From the NCBI RefSeq assembly GCF_009914755.1, contig NC_060942.1: a stretch of 64,000 nucleotides of DNA; one strand, written 5' to 3'. A model generated the notes under the pieces. It had not been told where the DNA came from. It ran no database searches and saw only the letters and a program-made list of their open reading frames with translations. Positions within the stretch are counted from its first letter, which is position 1, and every line of letters begins with the position of its first letter. The stretch is from the human T2T-CHM13v2.0 reference genome, Homo sapiens. A program made the position numbers and the translations under genes. Shown here piece after piece: positions 50,720-64,000 of the stretch.

Positions 50720-53320
50720 TCAATAAGAAAATATAACCAAAATGTTTACAAATTGAAGATAATAATGTTGAAAATTAGAAAATATTTTAAACTAAATGGA
50801 GATGGGATAGATATGCCACAACCTGTGGGATACAGCTTAAGCTGTGCTTGTTAGATTTATAAATATCATTTACAATTTATATATGCTTATCTTAGAAAAA
50901 GAAGAGAGGTGAAAACCAATGACCTCAGGCTTCATCTCAAGACCTTGAAATATGTATAAAAGAAATTAAATCCAAAATTAAACATCTTCTCACAAAGAAT
51001 ATCCAAGCCCATACAATTTTGCTAAATTTATATAAAAGATATAAAACTTATTTTATGAAGCAGTAATAACCTTAATAGCAAAACCTGAGAAATACATCAC
51101 AAGAAAGGCAAATTATAAGCCAGTCTCTTTCATGAACATAAATGCAGAAATCCTAAACATAATATTTGAAATAAAATTCAGTTAGTGATATACCAAAAAA
51201 AAGAAACTATTTCATGATAAAGTTACATTTATTTCAGGAATGCAAGATAGTTTTATTATCCAACTCAGTCAGTGTAACTTTCCACAGCAACAGAAAAAAA
51301 AGAAAATATGAAGGTCTCAATAGAAGTAGAAAAACATATATTTATAATAAATCCAATACCTACTTATGTTTTAAAACTTGCAAAAAAAGCAATAGTTTAT
51401 TTATATGTGTTGCAAATAAAGAGTATTTATATAATTCTTGTAACAAACATCATACTTAAAGTTGAAATATTAAAAGCTTTATTCCTGATATCTGAAATGA
51501 AAAAAATTGTCCATTCACACCACTTTGACTAAATATGTCATTGGAGGTCCTATCCATTACAACAAGGCAAAAGAAAAAATACACATATAAGGCTTGAAAG
51601 AGAAGACATAAAATAATCATTATTTACAGATAGCATGTTTGGATACATAGAGTAACCCATGGAATCTATCGCAAACTATTAGAATAAATAAGATAATTTA
51701 GCAAGGTCTCTGGATACAAGATTAATCGAGCTATTAATTTTATGTCTTCATACTAACAATAGTAATTAGACAATAAATATAAACTAGAAAATTAATTTAT
51801 ATTAGCATTAAAATATCAACTACTTAGGAACAAATCTAATGAAAAATATATCTTAAACAGGAAACTACAACTTATTACTGAAGAAAATAAGACAGAGAAA
51901 TGAAGGAGGATTCCAACCTTGTGCATTAATGGATACAATTTGTAAAGATGTCAAATATCTGCAAATTTATCTAGAGTTTGGGGAAATTCAATTTCAATCT
52001 CAGAAAATATTTATGGAAATTGACAAGCTGATATTCAAAGATATGTGGAAACGTAAAGGCCAAGAATAGGTAATAGAATCTTGAAGAAGAAAGCCGATGC
52101 TAGAGGACTGCACTGCAAAATACTGGAATTGATTAAAAGACAGTAATTAAGTTAGTAACAGTGATTTATGACAAATTTGACACTTAAATTTACTGGGAAA
52201 AGGATAGATTTTTCAATAAGTGGTACTGAGCCAAGTGGATATCAATATGCTGAAAAAAATTAATCTTGGCCCCTTTCACCATGTACAAAACTGTTTAGGT
52301 TTATATATTACTAAAGCTTTAGGAAAATACTTTCATGATCTTGGAGATGGCAAATACTTGGTAAAGGAAATGAAAAGACCAAAGGAAAAGTTTAATAAAT
52401 TGGCATCTATTAGGATTAAGAACATTTATTTATCAAAAGACATTAGGGGAATAAATCCACAAGCCACAGAATGTATTTGCATTATCCATCTTTGACAAAG
52501 GATTTATACCCTCAAATATGTAAAATATGTCTTAAAGTATGTAAGTAATCAATTGTTAGTCTAATATTTTTAAAAGGGCAAATGAAGAAATTCTTAAAGA
52601 AGCATAAAGGAGAATATACAAATGGCCAACCAGATTAAAAGGAAAATACAAATTAAGAATATAAGAGATACCACCATATACCTACCAGAATAACTAGAAT
52701 TATAAAGGCTGCCAATTCCAAGTGTTTCCAAGGATGTGGAGCAAGTGGAACTCTTATATATTGCTGGTGAGGGTGCAAATTGATACAACCTCTTTGGAAA
52801 TATTTCTCTTTGTATTTGCTGAAGCTAAACATATGTATAGCCTATGACCCAGCCTATCCACTCCTAGGTTTATACCCAAATAAATGAGTGTTTATATTCA
52901 CCAAAAAAATACATACCCAAATGTGTCTAACAGCTTTATTCACATGAGATAAAAACTGGAAGCAACAGTAATATGGATAAATTGTGCATTCTAAATTAAC
53001 GAGAGTGCATAACTATTTCATGCAAAATTATAATATCACAGACAAAATGCTGAACCAAAGAAGCCAGTTACAAAAACTTTATACTGTATGGTGCAATTCA
53101 TATAAATATGAAGTTCAGACACAGCACAAACAAGCTATCATGACAAAGTTCCGAATAATGGTTACCACTGGGGGTATTGTAAAAGTATTATGAGAGTGCT
53201 GGAAATATTTTAAGTATGTTGATCTGGGCTTGTAAAAGGGCTTTATCATATGTCAAAGGCTTGTACATATGTAAAAGTTCACCAAGGTGCACTGTAAGTT
53301 TACCCTCAAAAATGAATGCA
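50720..53320 (+). mobile_element. Old L1M (L1MC/ME-like) ORF2 to 3' end, heavily decayed
   Basis: catgaacataaatgcagaaatcctaaac; gaaattgacaagctgatatt; caaggatgtggagcaagtggaactcttatat; cctatgacccagc. Confidence 0.8.
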
Positions 53321-53572
53321 TACCTATACACAGCACAAGAAGATACCTCACACAATCACAAAAATGACTAATTATGAAAGTCTGATAGGCCAAGTGTTTG
53401 CAGGGATATTGGGCTACATTAAACACAGTGACTTTCAGTGGAAAAATATTTAAATAAATGTTGGTCATTTATGTAGTATAATTAGATTTCTAAACAAAAG
53501 TACATGAATCACAGCCATGTAAAATAACGTGAATGAAACCACCAAAAAAAAAAAAAAAAACTAGCCATACTA

Positions 53573-53860
<288 letters not shown>

Positions 53861-55223
53861 CTATGGTGCTTATAGTATTTATTTTTGCACAATTAAATGC
53901 TAAAATATAAATAAATATGAAGGGATTACTACTATAAAAGGAATAATGGTTACCTTGGTAATGAAAGAGGGATTTGAATTGTGAAGGCCCTACAAGAAGC
54001 ATCTGGAGTGTTACAGATGCTCAGTGGCTCAACCCTGTTGCTGGTCACTTGTTCTTTACATGTGTCATTAAATCAACTGTGTGTATGTTATTTGTCACAA
54101 TTAAAAGTTTTTTAAATTGCTGAGAGGAACAGGAAATTGATATCTTCTATAAGATGGAAATATACTATAGTACTATAGTATATATGGCTACATGTATATG
54201 GTATATTTTACTACTATATATAAATACATTACTATAGTATATGTTACAATATATTATATATTAAATATATAGAACATATAGTATTATATATTATATACGG
54301 TATATATTTTATACATATAGGATACATATATGTATATATAGAAAGCTATATACAAGATACATGTGTGTACATACACACACACACACACACACACACAGAG
54401 ACAGTTTAAAAAGATAGCAGCAATGCAAATATCACCTTAAAATGTATCAGTTTAACAAGATGATTCAAAGAAAAACTCTAAAAGTTGAAGAGTGCTTTCA
54501 GAAATTAAAAGATAAATTCTAAAAGATAAAAGTAAGAGAGAGGTAAGAATTTATTTTTTATCAACTCAAAATGGATAACAGGTCTAAACGTTAGACCTGA
54601 AGGCATAAAACTTTTAGAAGAGAACATAGGGGGAAAGATCCTTGACACTGGTCTTGGCAGTGATTTTTTTGAATATTACACCAAAAGCTCAGGTTACTAA
54701 AGCAAAAGTAAGTAAATGGAACTATATCAAACTAAAAAACTTCAGCACAACAAAGGAAACATTCAGGAGAATGAAAATGCAGCCTATTAAACTGTAAAAA
54801 GGTCAGATATACAAAGAGAATAAAACTGTGGTTACCAAAGGTGGGGTGCCGGGAAAAAAATGGGGAGATGTAAATCAAAGGATATAAAGTAGCAGATACG
54901 CAGAATCAACATGTCTGGAGACCTCATGTACAACAAGAGCACTGTTGCTAATAAAATTGTGCTGCACTTGAGATTTTTGTTAAATAGGTACATTTTAACT
55001 CTTGTTGCGAACTAAAGAGTAACTGTATGAGAAGATAAATATGCTAATTATCTTCACTATATAGGCATAACTCTGAGATGTAGTGGGTTTGATTCCAGAC
55101 CACCGCCATAAAGTGAATATCACAATAAAGAGGGTCCCACAGATTTTTTTCTTTCACAGGGCATATGAAAATTACATTACCCTATACTGTACTCTAAGTG
55201 CAATAACATTATGGTTTTTAAAA

Positions 55224-55508
55224 TTTTTTTTATTTCCAGAGGTTTTTGGGGAAATGGTGGTGTTTGATTACATGGGTAAGTTCATTAGTGTTGATTTGTG
55301 AGATTTGGATGCACCCATCACCTGAGCAGTATACACTGAACCCAATTTGTAGTCTTTTATCCCTCACCCCCTTCCCACTCTTTACCTCTGAGTCCCCAAA
55401 GTATCATCCTTATGCCTTTGCATCCTCATACCCAAATAAATGAGTATTATAAACAGCTTAACTCCCACTTATGAGTGAGAACATACAATGTTTGGTTTTC
55501 TGTTTCTG
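55224..55508 (-). mobile_element. L1PB1-like 3' fragment inserted in Tigger1
   Basis: gagatttggatgcacccatcacctgagcagtatacact...cttatgcctttgcatcctcat...ctcccacttatgagtgagaacata. TSD cattatg(g/t)tttttaaaa at 55207 and 55509. Confidence 0.9.
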
Positions 55509-55559
55509 CATTATGTTTTTTAAAAATGAGCATACCTTAATTTAAAAATACTTTACTGC

Positions 55560-57269
55560 TAAAAGATACTATCGATCATCAGAGTCTTCAGCAAGTCCTA
55601 AACTTTTTGCCGGTGGAGGGTTGATTGACTGCTGACTGATCAGGGTAGTGGTTGCTGAAGTTAGGGTGACTATGGTAATTTCTTAAAATAAGACAACAAT
55701 GAAATCTACCTCTTAATTTCATGAAAGATTTATCTGTAGCATGTGATGCTGTTTGATGGTATTTTACCCACAGTACAATGTCTTTCAAAATTAGAGTCAA
55801 TCTTCCCAAACTCTTTGTCCCACTGCTTTCTCAACTAAGTTTATGTAATATTCTAAATCCTTCATTGTTATTTCAACAATGTTCACTGCATCTTTACCAG
55901 GAGTAAATTTCATCTCAAGAAACTACTTTCTTTGCTCATTCAGAAGAAGCAACTCCTGACTTGTTAAAGTTATCATGAGATTGTAGCCAATTCAGTATCA
56001 TCTTTAGGCTCCACTTCTAATTCTAGTTCTCTTGCTATTTCCATAATATCTATAGTTACTTCCTCCACTGAAGTCTTGAATGCCTCAAAGTCACCCAGGA
56101 GGGAGAAAACCAACTTCTTCCAAATTCCTATTAATGTCTACATTTGACCCCCTCCCTCTAATCACAAATGTTCTTAATGGCATCTACAGTGGTGAATCCT
56201 TTCTGGAAGGTTTTCAATTTATTCTGCTCAGATTTGTTAAGGAATCACTATCTATGGCCACCTTAGCCTTACAACATGTATTTCTTTAATAATAAGACTT
56301 GAAAGTCAAAACTACTTCTTGATCCTTGGGCTGCAGAATGGATGTTGTGTTAGCAGGAGTGAAAACATTAATCTCTCCATACATCTTTATCAGAGATCTT
56401 GAGTGACCAGGTGCATTGTCAATGAGCTGTAGTATTTGAAATACCTTTTTCTCTGAGCAGTAGGTCCCAACAGTGAGCTTAAAATATTCAGTAAACCATG
56501 CTGTAAACTGATATGCTATCATCCAGGCAGAGTAGATTTCACATAATTTTTAAGAGTTCTAGGATTTTCAGAAAGGTAAATGAGCATTGGCTTCAACATC
56601 AAGTCACCAGCTGCATTAGCCTCTAACAAGAAAGTCAATGTGTCCTTTAAAGTTTTGAAGCCAGGCATCTCTAGTGTTGAATGTCCTAAATAGCATCTTC
56701 TTCCAAAATAAGGCAATTTCATCTACACTGAATATCTGTTGCTTAATGTAACCACTTTTATAAATTATCTTAGCTAGATCTTCTGGATAATTTGCAGCTT
56801 CTACAACAGTACTTGCGGCTTCACCTTGCACTTTCATGTTATGGAGATGGCTTCTTCCCTTAAACCTCATAAGCCAATCTTCTAGCTTCAAACTTTTTCC
56901 TGCAGCTTCCTCAATTCCATCAGCCTTTGTAGAACTGAAGATACTTAGGGCCTTGCTCTAGATTAGACTTTGGCTTAAGGTCATGTTTTATCTTCTTTCC
57001 AGACCACTCAAACTTTCTCCATATCAGAAATAAGGGTGTTTCACTTTATCATTTGTGTGTTCACTGGAGTAGCACTTTTAATTTCCTTCAAGAACATTTC
57101 ATTTGCATTCACAGCTTGGCTAGCTATTTGGCACAAGAAGCCTAGCTTTCAGCCTATCTTGGCTTTCAACATGCCTTCCTCACTATGCTTAATCATTTCT
57201 AGCTTTTGATTTAATGTGCAATTTGAGAAATGTGCAATTCCTCCTTTCACTTGAACATTTAGAGGTCAT
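55560..57269 (-). pseudogene. Disrupted Tigger1 (pogo/TIGD1-like) DDE transposase
   Basis: ATG at 57269 gives MTSKCSSER...LNQKLEMIK.SEEGM.KAKIG* (early stop). Fragments in different frames: [70 protein letters not shown]. Confidence 0.92.
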
Positions 57270-60094
57270 GTAGGGTTATTAGTTGGCCTCATTTCAATAT
57301 TGTTGTGTCTCAGGGAATAGGGAGACCTTAGGAGAGGGAGAGAGATGGGGGAATGGCCAGTCAGTGGAGCAGTCAGAAGACTCAAAATACTTATCACATT
57401 TGCCATCTTAAATGAGCCCAGTTCATGGTACCCCAAAACATTTATAGTAGTAACATCGAAGCTCACTAATCACTGACCACAGATCACTAAAACAGATATA
57501 ATAATAATGAAAGAATTCGAAATATTGAAAGAATTACCAAAATGTGACACAGAGACTTGAAGTGAGAACAGGCTGTTAGAAGAGTGGTGCCAATAGACTT
57601 GCTCAACTCTAGGTTGCACAAATCTTCATTTTTATAAAAATGCAGTATCTGCAAAGCACAATAAAATGTGGTATGCCTGTAGCAGCCCTTTTACTATCTA
57701 TAGTATTGCAAAACATCAAATTATAAACTTAAAATATATACAATAAAATTCATTTTAAAAAAAGAATTTTTAAGTACAGTCAATATTAGTATTCATTTCA
57801 TGCAACAATAAAATATAGTAAATAACATAAACATATGTGTACACCATTAAATTTGGCCAATTTTTTGCCATGTTTGCATCTGAATTTTGAAAGTAAAAAT
57901 AAAATATCATTGTTAAAAGCAAAACTCCTGACAACCCATACACCATCTCAAGGTCACCACCATCTTGGCCATGGTAAATATCATTTAAATTCTTGTGTGT
58001 CCACAATTTTACTACATAAGAATAATAAACCAAAGATATGTGTTTAACTATATACACTATTGTTTTATTGGTTTTAAAATTTACATAAATGGTATTCTTT
58101 TAGGAATAGGTGTGACCTAACATTATACATGTGGGAATGTAGTCATGCCAATGCTTATATTTATTTTCTTTAATTCAGAAGAGTATCTATCCTATGAAAA
58201 TATAAATATATATTGATCTATCCTCCTTTTGGGGGGCCTTCAGATTAAGTTTTTGCTCTTTCAAACAACGATGTGATAAAAGTTTTTTCCTTGTGTCCAT
58301 GTATAAAATAGTGATGCATATCACCTACTTCACTTTCAGCAATTTATGATGATTAGCCCCAATGTTTTGTAGAAATGCATAACTTCCAGGTTTATTAAGA
58401 TTTGTCCTTTGATTATTAAATCCACACAATTTTACACTACACTGTTACAAGGATCTGTCACTGTTTTCATGGCTCTAAGCTGGGTCTGCACAGTCTTCAG
58501 ATGAAGAGCCCCAGGAAAATTCCATTCAAGATAAATTTATCTGCACAGCTACTGAAGTATAGCAAGCCCAGTTTATGTCAATTATGCAGCTATCAAATAA
58601 ACTTTAGGAAATAAATGACTCTCAGAAACTATTATCTACTGACATCAGTAGACAGCTTGAAACAGGTTGTTTTAGTATTATGAAGATCAACCTGAAGACT
58701 AGTTCTATTCTGTCTAGAATATTTTTGTTCCTCAATATACAGTAAAAATGGGAGTGTTAAGTTTTATGTGCATTAAAGAGAGATGGTGTGTAATTAATGT
58801 TTTTACAGTCAAATTCTTTATCCAGTAAAGGGAAAATAAGGCATTGTTGCAAAGAAATAAGGTGATTTAATCATAATTCCCTGTTGGTCTGGCTTGTGTG
58901 TCTGTCTAAAATAAATAATTTTATTTGTCTCCTCTATATCTGTAAAATACCAATCTCAGCTTCTTCAGGTTTATCTTAGTGTTATCTAATGAAATCACTA
59001 CAGAAGGCAAAATTACCGTGATCAACTATACCTTGTGTAGTAAGCATTTTTCACCTCTCCCCAAGGCTAAGAAACATCACATAAACTATTAACATATCAG
59101 TGTATCCTTTCCTAGTCTCCAAGAACATTGATGCAGTTCCGTGGCTTCATCTCCCTGTATAACTGGATGAAATCATAACCATGAATTCCAATTCAATCTG
59201 ACTAGTCTTATCTATTCTTTTGGTTGTTGAAAATACTAAATTTTCTCCAGGTCACAAACTTCAAAATCCATGCTTTCTGAACCAATTGTCAAGATATGAC
59301 CAGCTTCAAAAAGTATTAGTGTGAACCACTGAAGAGCCTTAGCTGTACTAATTATTAGACGTGCTTGGCTAAAGTAGAATGCTTTTTCTCATTTGAAATA
59401 TTTGTCCCAAATGTCTCAACTTAATGGTAAGTAATCCAAGAACAAGATGATACACCAACCCTTTCTGTCAGTAAGTTAACCAGTAAGGCATCAATTATTT
59501 CTCTTAATGAGGGTCTGATATTTAAAGCTATGGCTATATAATATTTTGTTTTTCAAAGATCCCAGGAAATATAGAGTGTTTATATTAAACCACACACATA
59601 TACTCATAAAAGGCAAATGCGCATACACAAAAGGTGTAAATGATCACATTTATACATATACATTCACATATATAACTCAGTTATCAGCTAAGCCTTATTT
59701 AAATTGAGCCCCCAATTATATAGCTTGTGAATTGTATTCCCCCCAATTGTTACCCCCCAATCATAGCCCCATGAAATGTTAACCTCAGATACGCTGTGTC
59801 TGTGTACACTTTCAGCAAACTCCCAGAGCTTACTTTCTCACTGTGATTTCCATTTTCTTTCTCTATCTGATTTCCACGTACGTGTGTGATATCTCAAATC
59901 TGCCTGTATCAACTTACACAGGGAACCAAGTCTTCACTTAGTTCTTTCCAAAAAATAAATACACATAAGACATTTCAAGAGTAATTTTAACATTTATTCA
60001 CACACATCATTGGGAATACCCACCAGAGTAGGGGCCCATTACATACCACATAGCCTCCTGCCATCTCACCAACTCTTTCAAAAGCTCTGATCTC

Positions 60095-60451
<357 letters not shown>

Positions 60452-61189
60452 TCATCTTCATGACAAGATTCTTTCTGTGAAGAATCCTTATACTACTTGG
60501 TAAAAAATATAATATTTCTCATGTTTTTTGCACACAAATATTGGCACAGAGAGAGAAACAGCAGATGATGTTTCACTCACCTTTTAAATGGTAATACTGA
60601 TAATTATGGAGGTTACAGTGATTTTACCAAAATCACAACTAGTACAAATTGAGCAACCAGGACTGGACTTCAGCATTTGTACTTAGTTCTGATTCTCTGT
60701 AGTATATCACACAATCTTTTTAGATATATTATTGAAATTATTTTTGAAAAAAAATAAAATGCAAACTTTAAACGATAAAAGAAAAAAATCAAAATTCATT
60801 AGTATCCATTAGTCTTCCTGGGTCTTTCCATGATCAATAATAAGTAAAAGTGTCTCAGAAATAAAAATTGCTTGCTCTGGAAATAATTTTTCATTGGAAG
60901 TAAACATGGTAATGTTAGATATCAATTCTGACTATGTATAGCCTTGAACATGTTTATAACCTCTTTTCTCCAAGTGGGAAACAGTAATGTGTGTGCATGG
61001 TCATGCGGGCAAAGTCAATGAGCTCAAATATTCACACACAGAAACAAGTCAAGCAATTATTGTAGGTTCAGAAACAGAATTCCAATGCGTCCAATTGTAA
61101 TGCCCAGAATAAAATTTCTGCCAGTCACTCAATTATTTTATACAATGTACTCAAATATCTGGCTGATATTTGTTCTGTTTTTGTATTGT

Positions 61190-62290
61190 TTTAACAGAAT
61201 TTTTTTTTTAGAGCAGTTTTAGGTTCACAGAAAAATTGAGCTGAAAGTATAGCGTTCCCATAGTCTTCTACTCCCCTAGCCACACACACAATTTTCCCCA
61301 TTATGATAATTCACCACTAGCGTGAGACATCGTTATGATTGATGAACCTACTACATTGACACATCATTATCACCCGAAGTACATAGTTTACATTAAGGTT
61401 TACTTTCAGTATTGTACATTCTATGGGTTTTCACAAAGGTATCAGACCGAGTATTTTCACGGCCCTAAAAATCCTCGGTGCTGTGCCTGTTCATCCCTCT
61501 CTCCCCTCAAGCCCCGGCAACCACTGATCTTTTTACTGTCTCCATAATCTTGCTTTTTCTAGAATGTCATATATTTAAAATTTTACAGTCTTTTCCAATT
61601 TCTTTCACTTATTAATATGCATTTACTTTTCTTCCCTGTCTTCTCATAGCTTGATAGCTTACTTCATTTTAGTGCTGAATAATACACCATGGCCTGGAGG
61701 TATCAGGTCTTATATATTCATTCATCTACTGAAGGACATCTTGGTTGTTTCCAAATTTGGGTGATTATGAATAAACATCTGTGTGCAAGTTTTTGTGTGG
61801 ATATAAGTTTTCAACTCATTTGAGTAAATACCAAGGAGCATGATTGCTGAATCGTATGATAAGATGTTTAGTTTTGTAAGACACTGCCAGACTGTCTTCC
61901 AATGCAGCTGTAGCACTTTGCATTCCAGCAGCAATGCATGAGAGTTTCTCTTCTCCACATACTTGCCAGCGTTTAGTGTTGTTGGTATTTTGGATTTTGA
62001 CCACTCTAGTGGGAGTACAGTGGTATCTCATTGTTGTAATTTCCAATTCTTTAATGACATATGGTGTTTGAACAACTTTGCGTATCTATTTTTGCCACCT
62101 ATGGATCTTCTTTGGTGAGCTATTTGTTCAGATCTTTTCCCCATTTTTTAATCCAGTTATTCCTTTTTTACCATTGCTGAGTTTTAAGAGTTCTTTGTAT
62201 ATTTCGAATAACAGTCATTATCGGATATGTCTTTTATAAATATTTCTCCGTAGTCTGTGGTTTATCTTCTCATTCTCTTGACGCTGTTTG
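61190..62290 (-). mobile_element. L1MC-like 3' end
   Basis: tttagagcagttttaggttcacagaaaaattgagc; catctactgaaggacatcttggttg; ORFs 61722-61958 and 61816-62046 are ORF2 C-terminal remnants. Confidence 0.9.
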
Positions 62291-63159
62291 ATATTTGTAA
62301 AATAAAATATCTGGATGATTAGCTAAATTTTTAACTTTTTCAAATATGTGAATGTGTTCATATTATAAGTTCAGATTATATCACAGATAAAGCTAAGTTA
62401 ACTTTAGGTTCTTCTTTCTTGCATATTCAAAAATATAATGCATGTGAGAGTTGAGAAGGAAGAAGAGGCATTGGTTTAAGGCTATTTGTGTCAATCTTTC
62501 TTTCATCATTGGCTCCCATGGAGCATTTTTAGACCTTTTCCCCTAATCATAACCCCTCGTACCATTTTAATAATAGATATGCTAGGTATATTTATATATT
62601 TCATGCATATACATGTTTCAGACATTAAAAGAATAAGATATTTTTTGCCTTCCCCAATAACACATTTTTGCCACCTTGGGGATTTTATTGTTCCTGTTGA
62701 AAGTGCATGTTTTAATGTTTTTAGACAAATATGTTTCATCTGTCATACATGGATATGATACATATGTATGATGTTAGATAAAATTCTAAGATCTATACTG
62801 ACAAATTTTAAAATATGTTTTACTCAGCAAGTACATTAATCTTAAACTATTATTTTTAAATTTCAGCTACACTGAGAATAAGCAGTCTATTTAATCAGCT
62901 CTATTAAGAAAGAAAAAATAAGTTAGCAAGCATATAGTACCAGTATGTGGACCCAAAGTTTTCCCTCTTAATTGATTTTCTATCAAAACCTTAGCTGACT
63001 CAAAATAAAAGAAATAAACCAAACCCCACTTGATTTGCCCATGGTAGGAAATTGGATATATTTCTAACACAAAAGAGTTGGCCCCTGATGCAAGGAAAGA
63101 TGTAAAAACTGGAGAAATGTCAAGAAATGACAGACCCCTGGGCTGTGCTGCCTGTAGAG

Positions 63160-63491
63160 CAGGGGTCCCTGACCCCTGGGCCGTGGTTAGGAACCAGGCA
63201 GTACAGTAAAAGGTGAGTCACAGGCAAGCGAGCAGTACTTTAGCCTGAGCTCCACCTCCTGTCAAATCAGCAGCAGCATTAGGTTCTCATGAGAGTGGGA
63301 ACCCTATTGTGAAATGCACATGTGAGGGATCTAAGTTGCCTGCTCCTTATGAGAATCTAATGCCTGATGATCTGAGGTGGAACAGTTTCATACCAAAACC
63401 ATCTTCCCTACACCCAACCCCATGTCCTGTAGGTGGTAAAATTGTCTTCTAAGAAACCAGTCCCTGGTGCCAAAAACATTGAGGACCACTG
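63160..63491 (+). mobile_element. MER1B (hAT-Charlie MITE), complete
   Basis: caggggtccctgacccctggg...ggtgccaaaaacattgaggaccactg. Perfect 8-bp TSD CTGTAGAG at 63152-63159 and 63492-63499. Confidence 0.95.
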
Positions 63492-64000
63492 CTGTAGAGT
63501 TTAAGATGCTCCCTCATCTGGCTGAAGACAGCAGCAGAGGGTAGTCCTTGGTTAGCAATTCAGTGTTACACAATCATATTTTGAATTCAAGATTTTTTGA
63601 TATTCTGTCTGCAGACTTTCTGAATCATTTAGTAGCACCCAATTATGCGTAGTGGCACAGAGATAGAAAAGTTTTTATAACTCCTATGTACATTGACCTC
63701 TTCATCACATTTGGAACTAACAGCAAAATTTTCCACAGTATTACAAATTATTAGAGTTTCACTTTCAATTGCCATTTGGTGAAATTCATAGTTGGTCTAG
63801 TTGTTGTTTTTGTTTATTTCTTCTTAATTTCTAGAAATAAAACACTACCTTTTAAGAAGAATTTTGACATGTTTACAGATGAATATTATGAACCTGTCTA
63901 TCCTTATGTCAGATGAATAGGTTATGTCAATTTCTACCTTTGAAGATTCTGTGAGAGATTTTGCAATATCTGTGAGCTTTAATTGACTTACCTGGCATTT

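Larger units (their letters stand above)
55062..57679 (-). mobile_element. Tigger1, essentially full length with both TIRs
   Basis: Ends taggcataactctgagat... and ...aataaaatgtggtatgcctg. TA TSD at 55060-55061 and 57680-57681. Confidence 0.95.
54560..57765 (+). mobile_element. L1MA-like 3' fragment split by Tigger1
   Basis: atcaactcaaaatggat...tagaagagaacataggg; the 3'UTR cttcacta|TA...TA|gcagcccttttactatct resumes after Tigger1 and ends aataaaattcatttt. Confidence 0.8.

Overview
Primate (very probably human) non-coding genomic DNA, dominated by interspersed repeats: Alus, L1 of many ages, L2, MIR, CR1/L3, HAL1, MaLR/ERVL/ERV1 LTRs, and hAT and Tigger DNA transposons. I find no credible protein-coding gene, RNA gene, CRISPR array or prokaryotic system. 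The supplied ORFs come from GC-rich LTR sequence, simple repeats, Alu/L1 remnants or a dead Tigger1 transposase. I see no convincing 'previously undescribed system'. The best leads are: (1) a MIR split by a ~950-bp de novo insert made of a perfect 38-bp fold-back copy of its own flank plus a hairpin-unit 36-bp VNTR (9.4-10.4 kb); (2) an intact 968-bp HERV-K(HML-2) LTR5_Hs solo LTR lying back-to-back with an LTR9-family LTR (47.9-50.3 kb); (3) a dense MEIS/PBX-HOX/SOX motif cluster in repeat-free DNA (31.15-31.36 kb); (4) ~130-bp inverted arms enclosing an old LTR-like segment (18.9-19.7 kb); (5) a 25-nt insertion in an L1PB that matches sequence 2.56 kb away. Repeat family names come from my recall of consensus sequences, not a database search. 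Subfamily calls and the boundaries of old elements are approximate.
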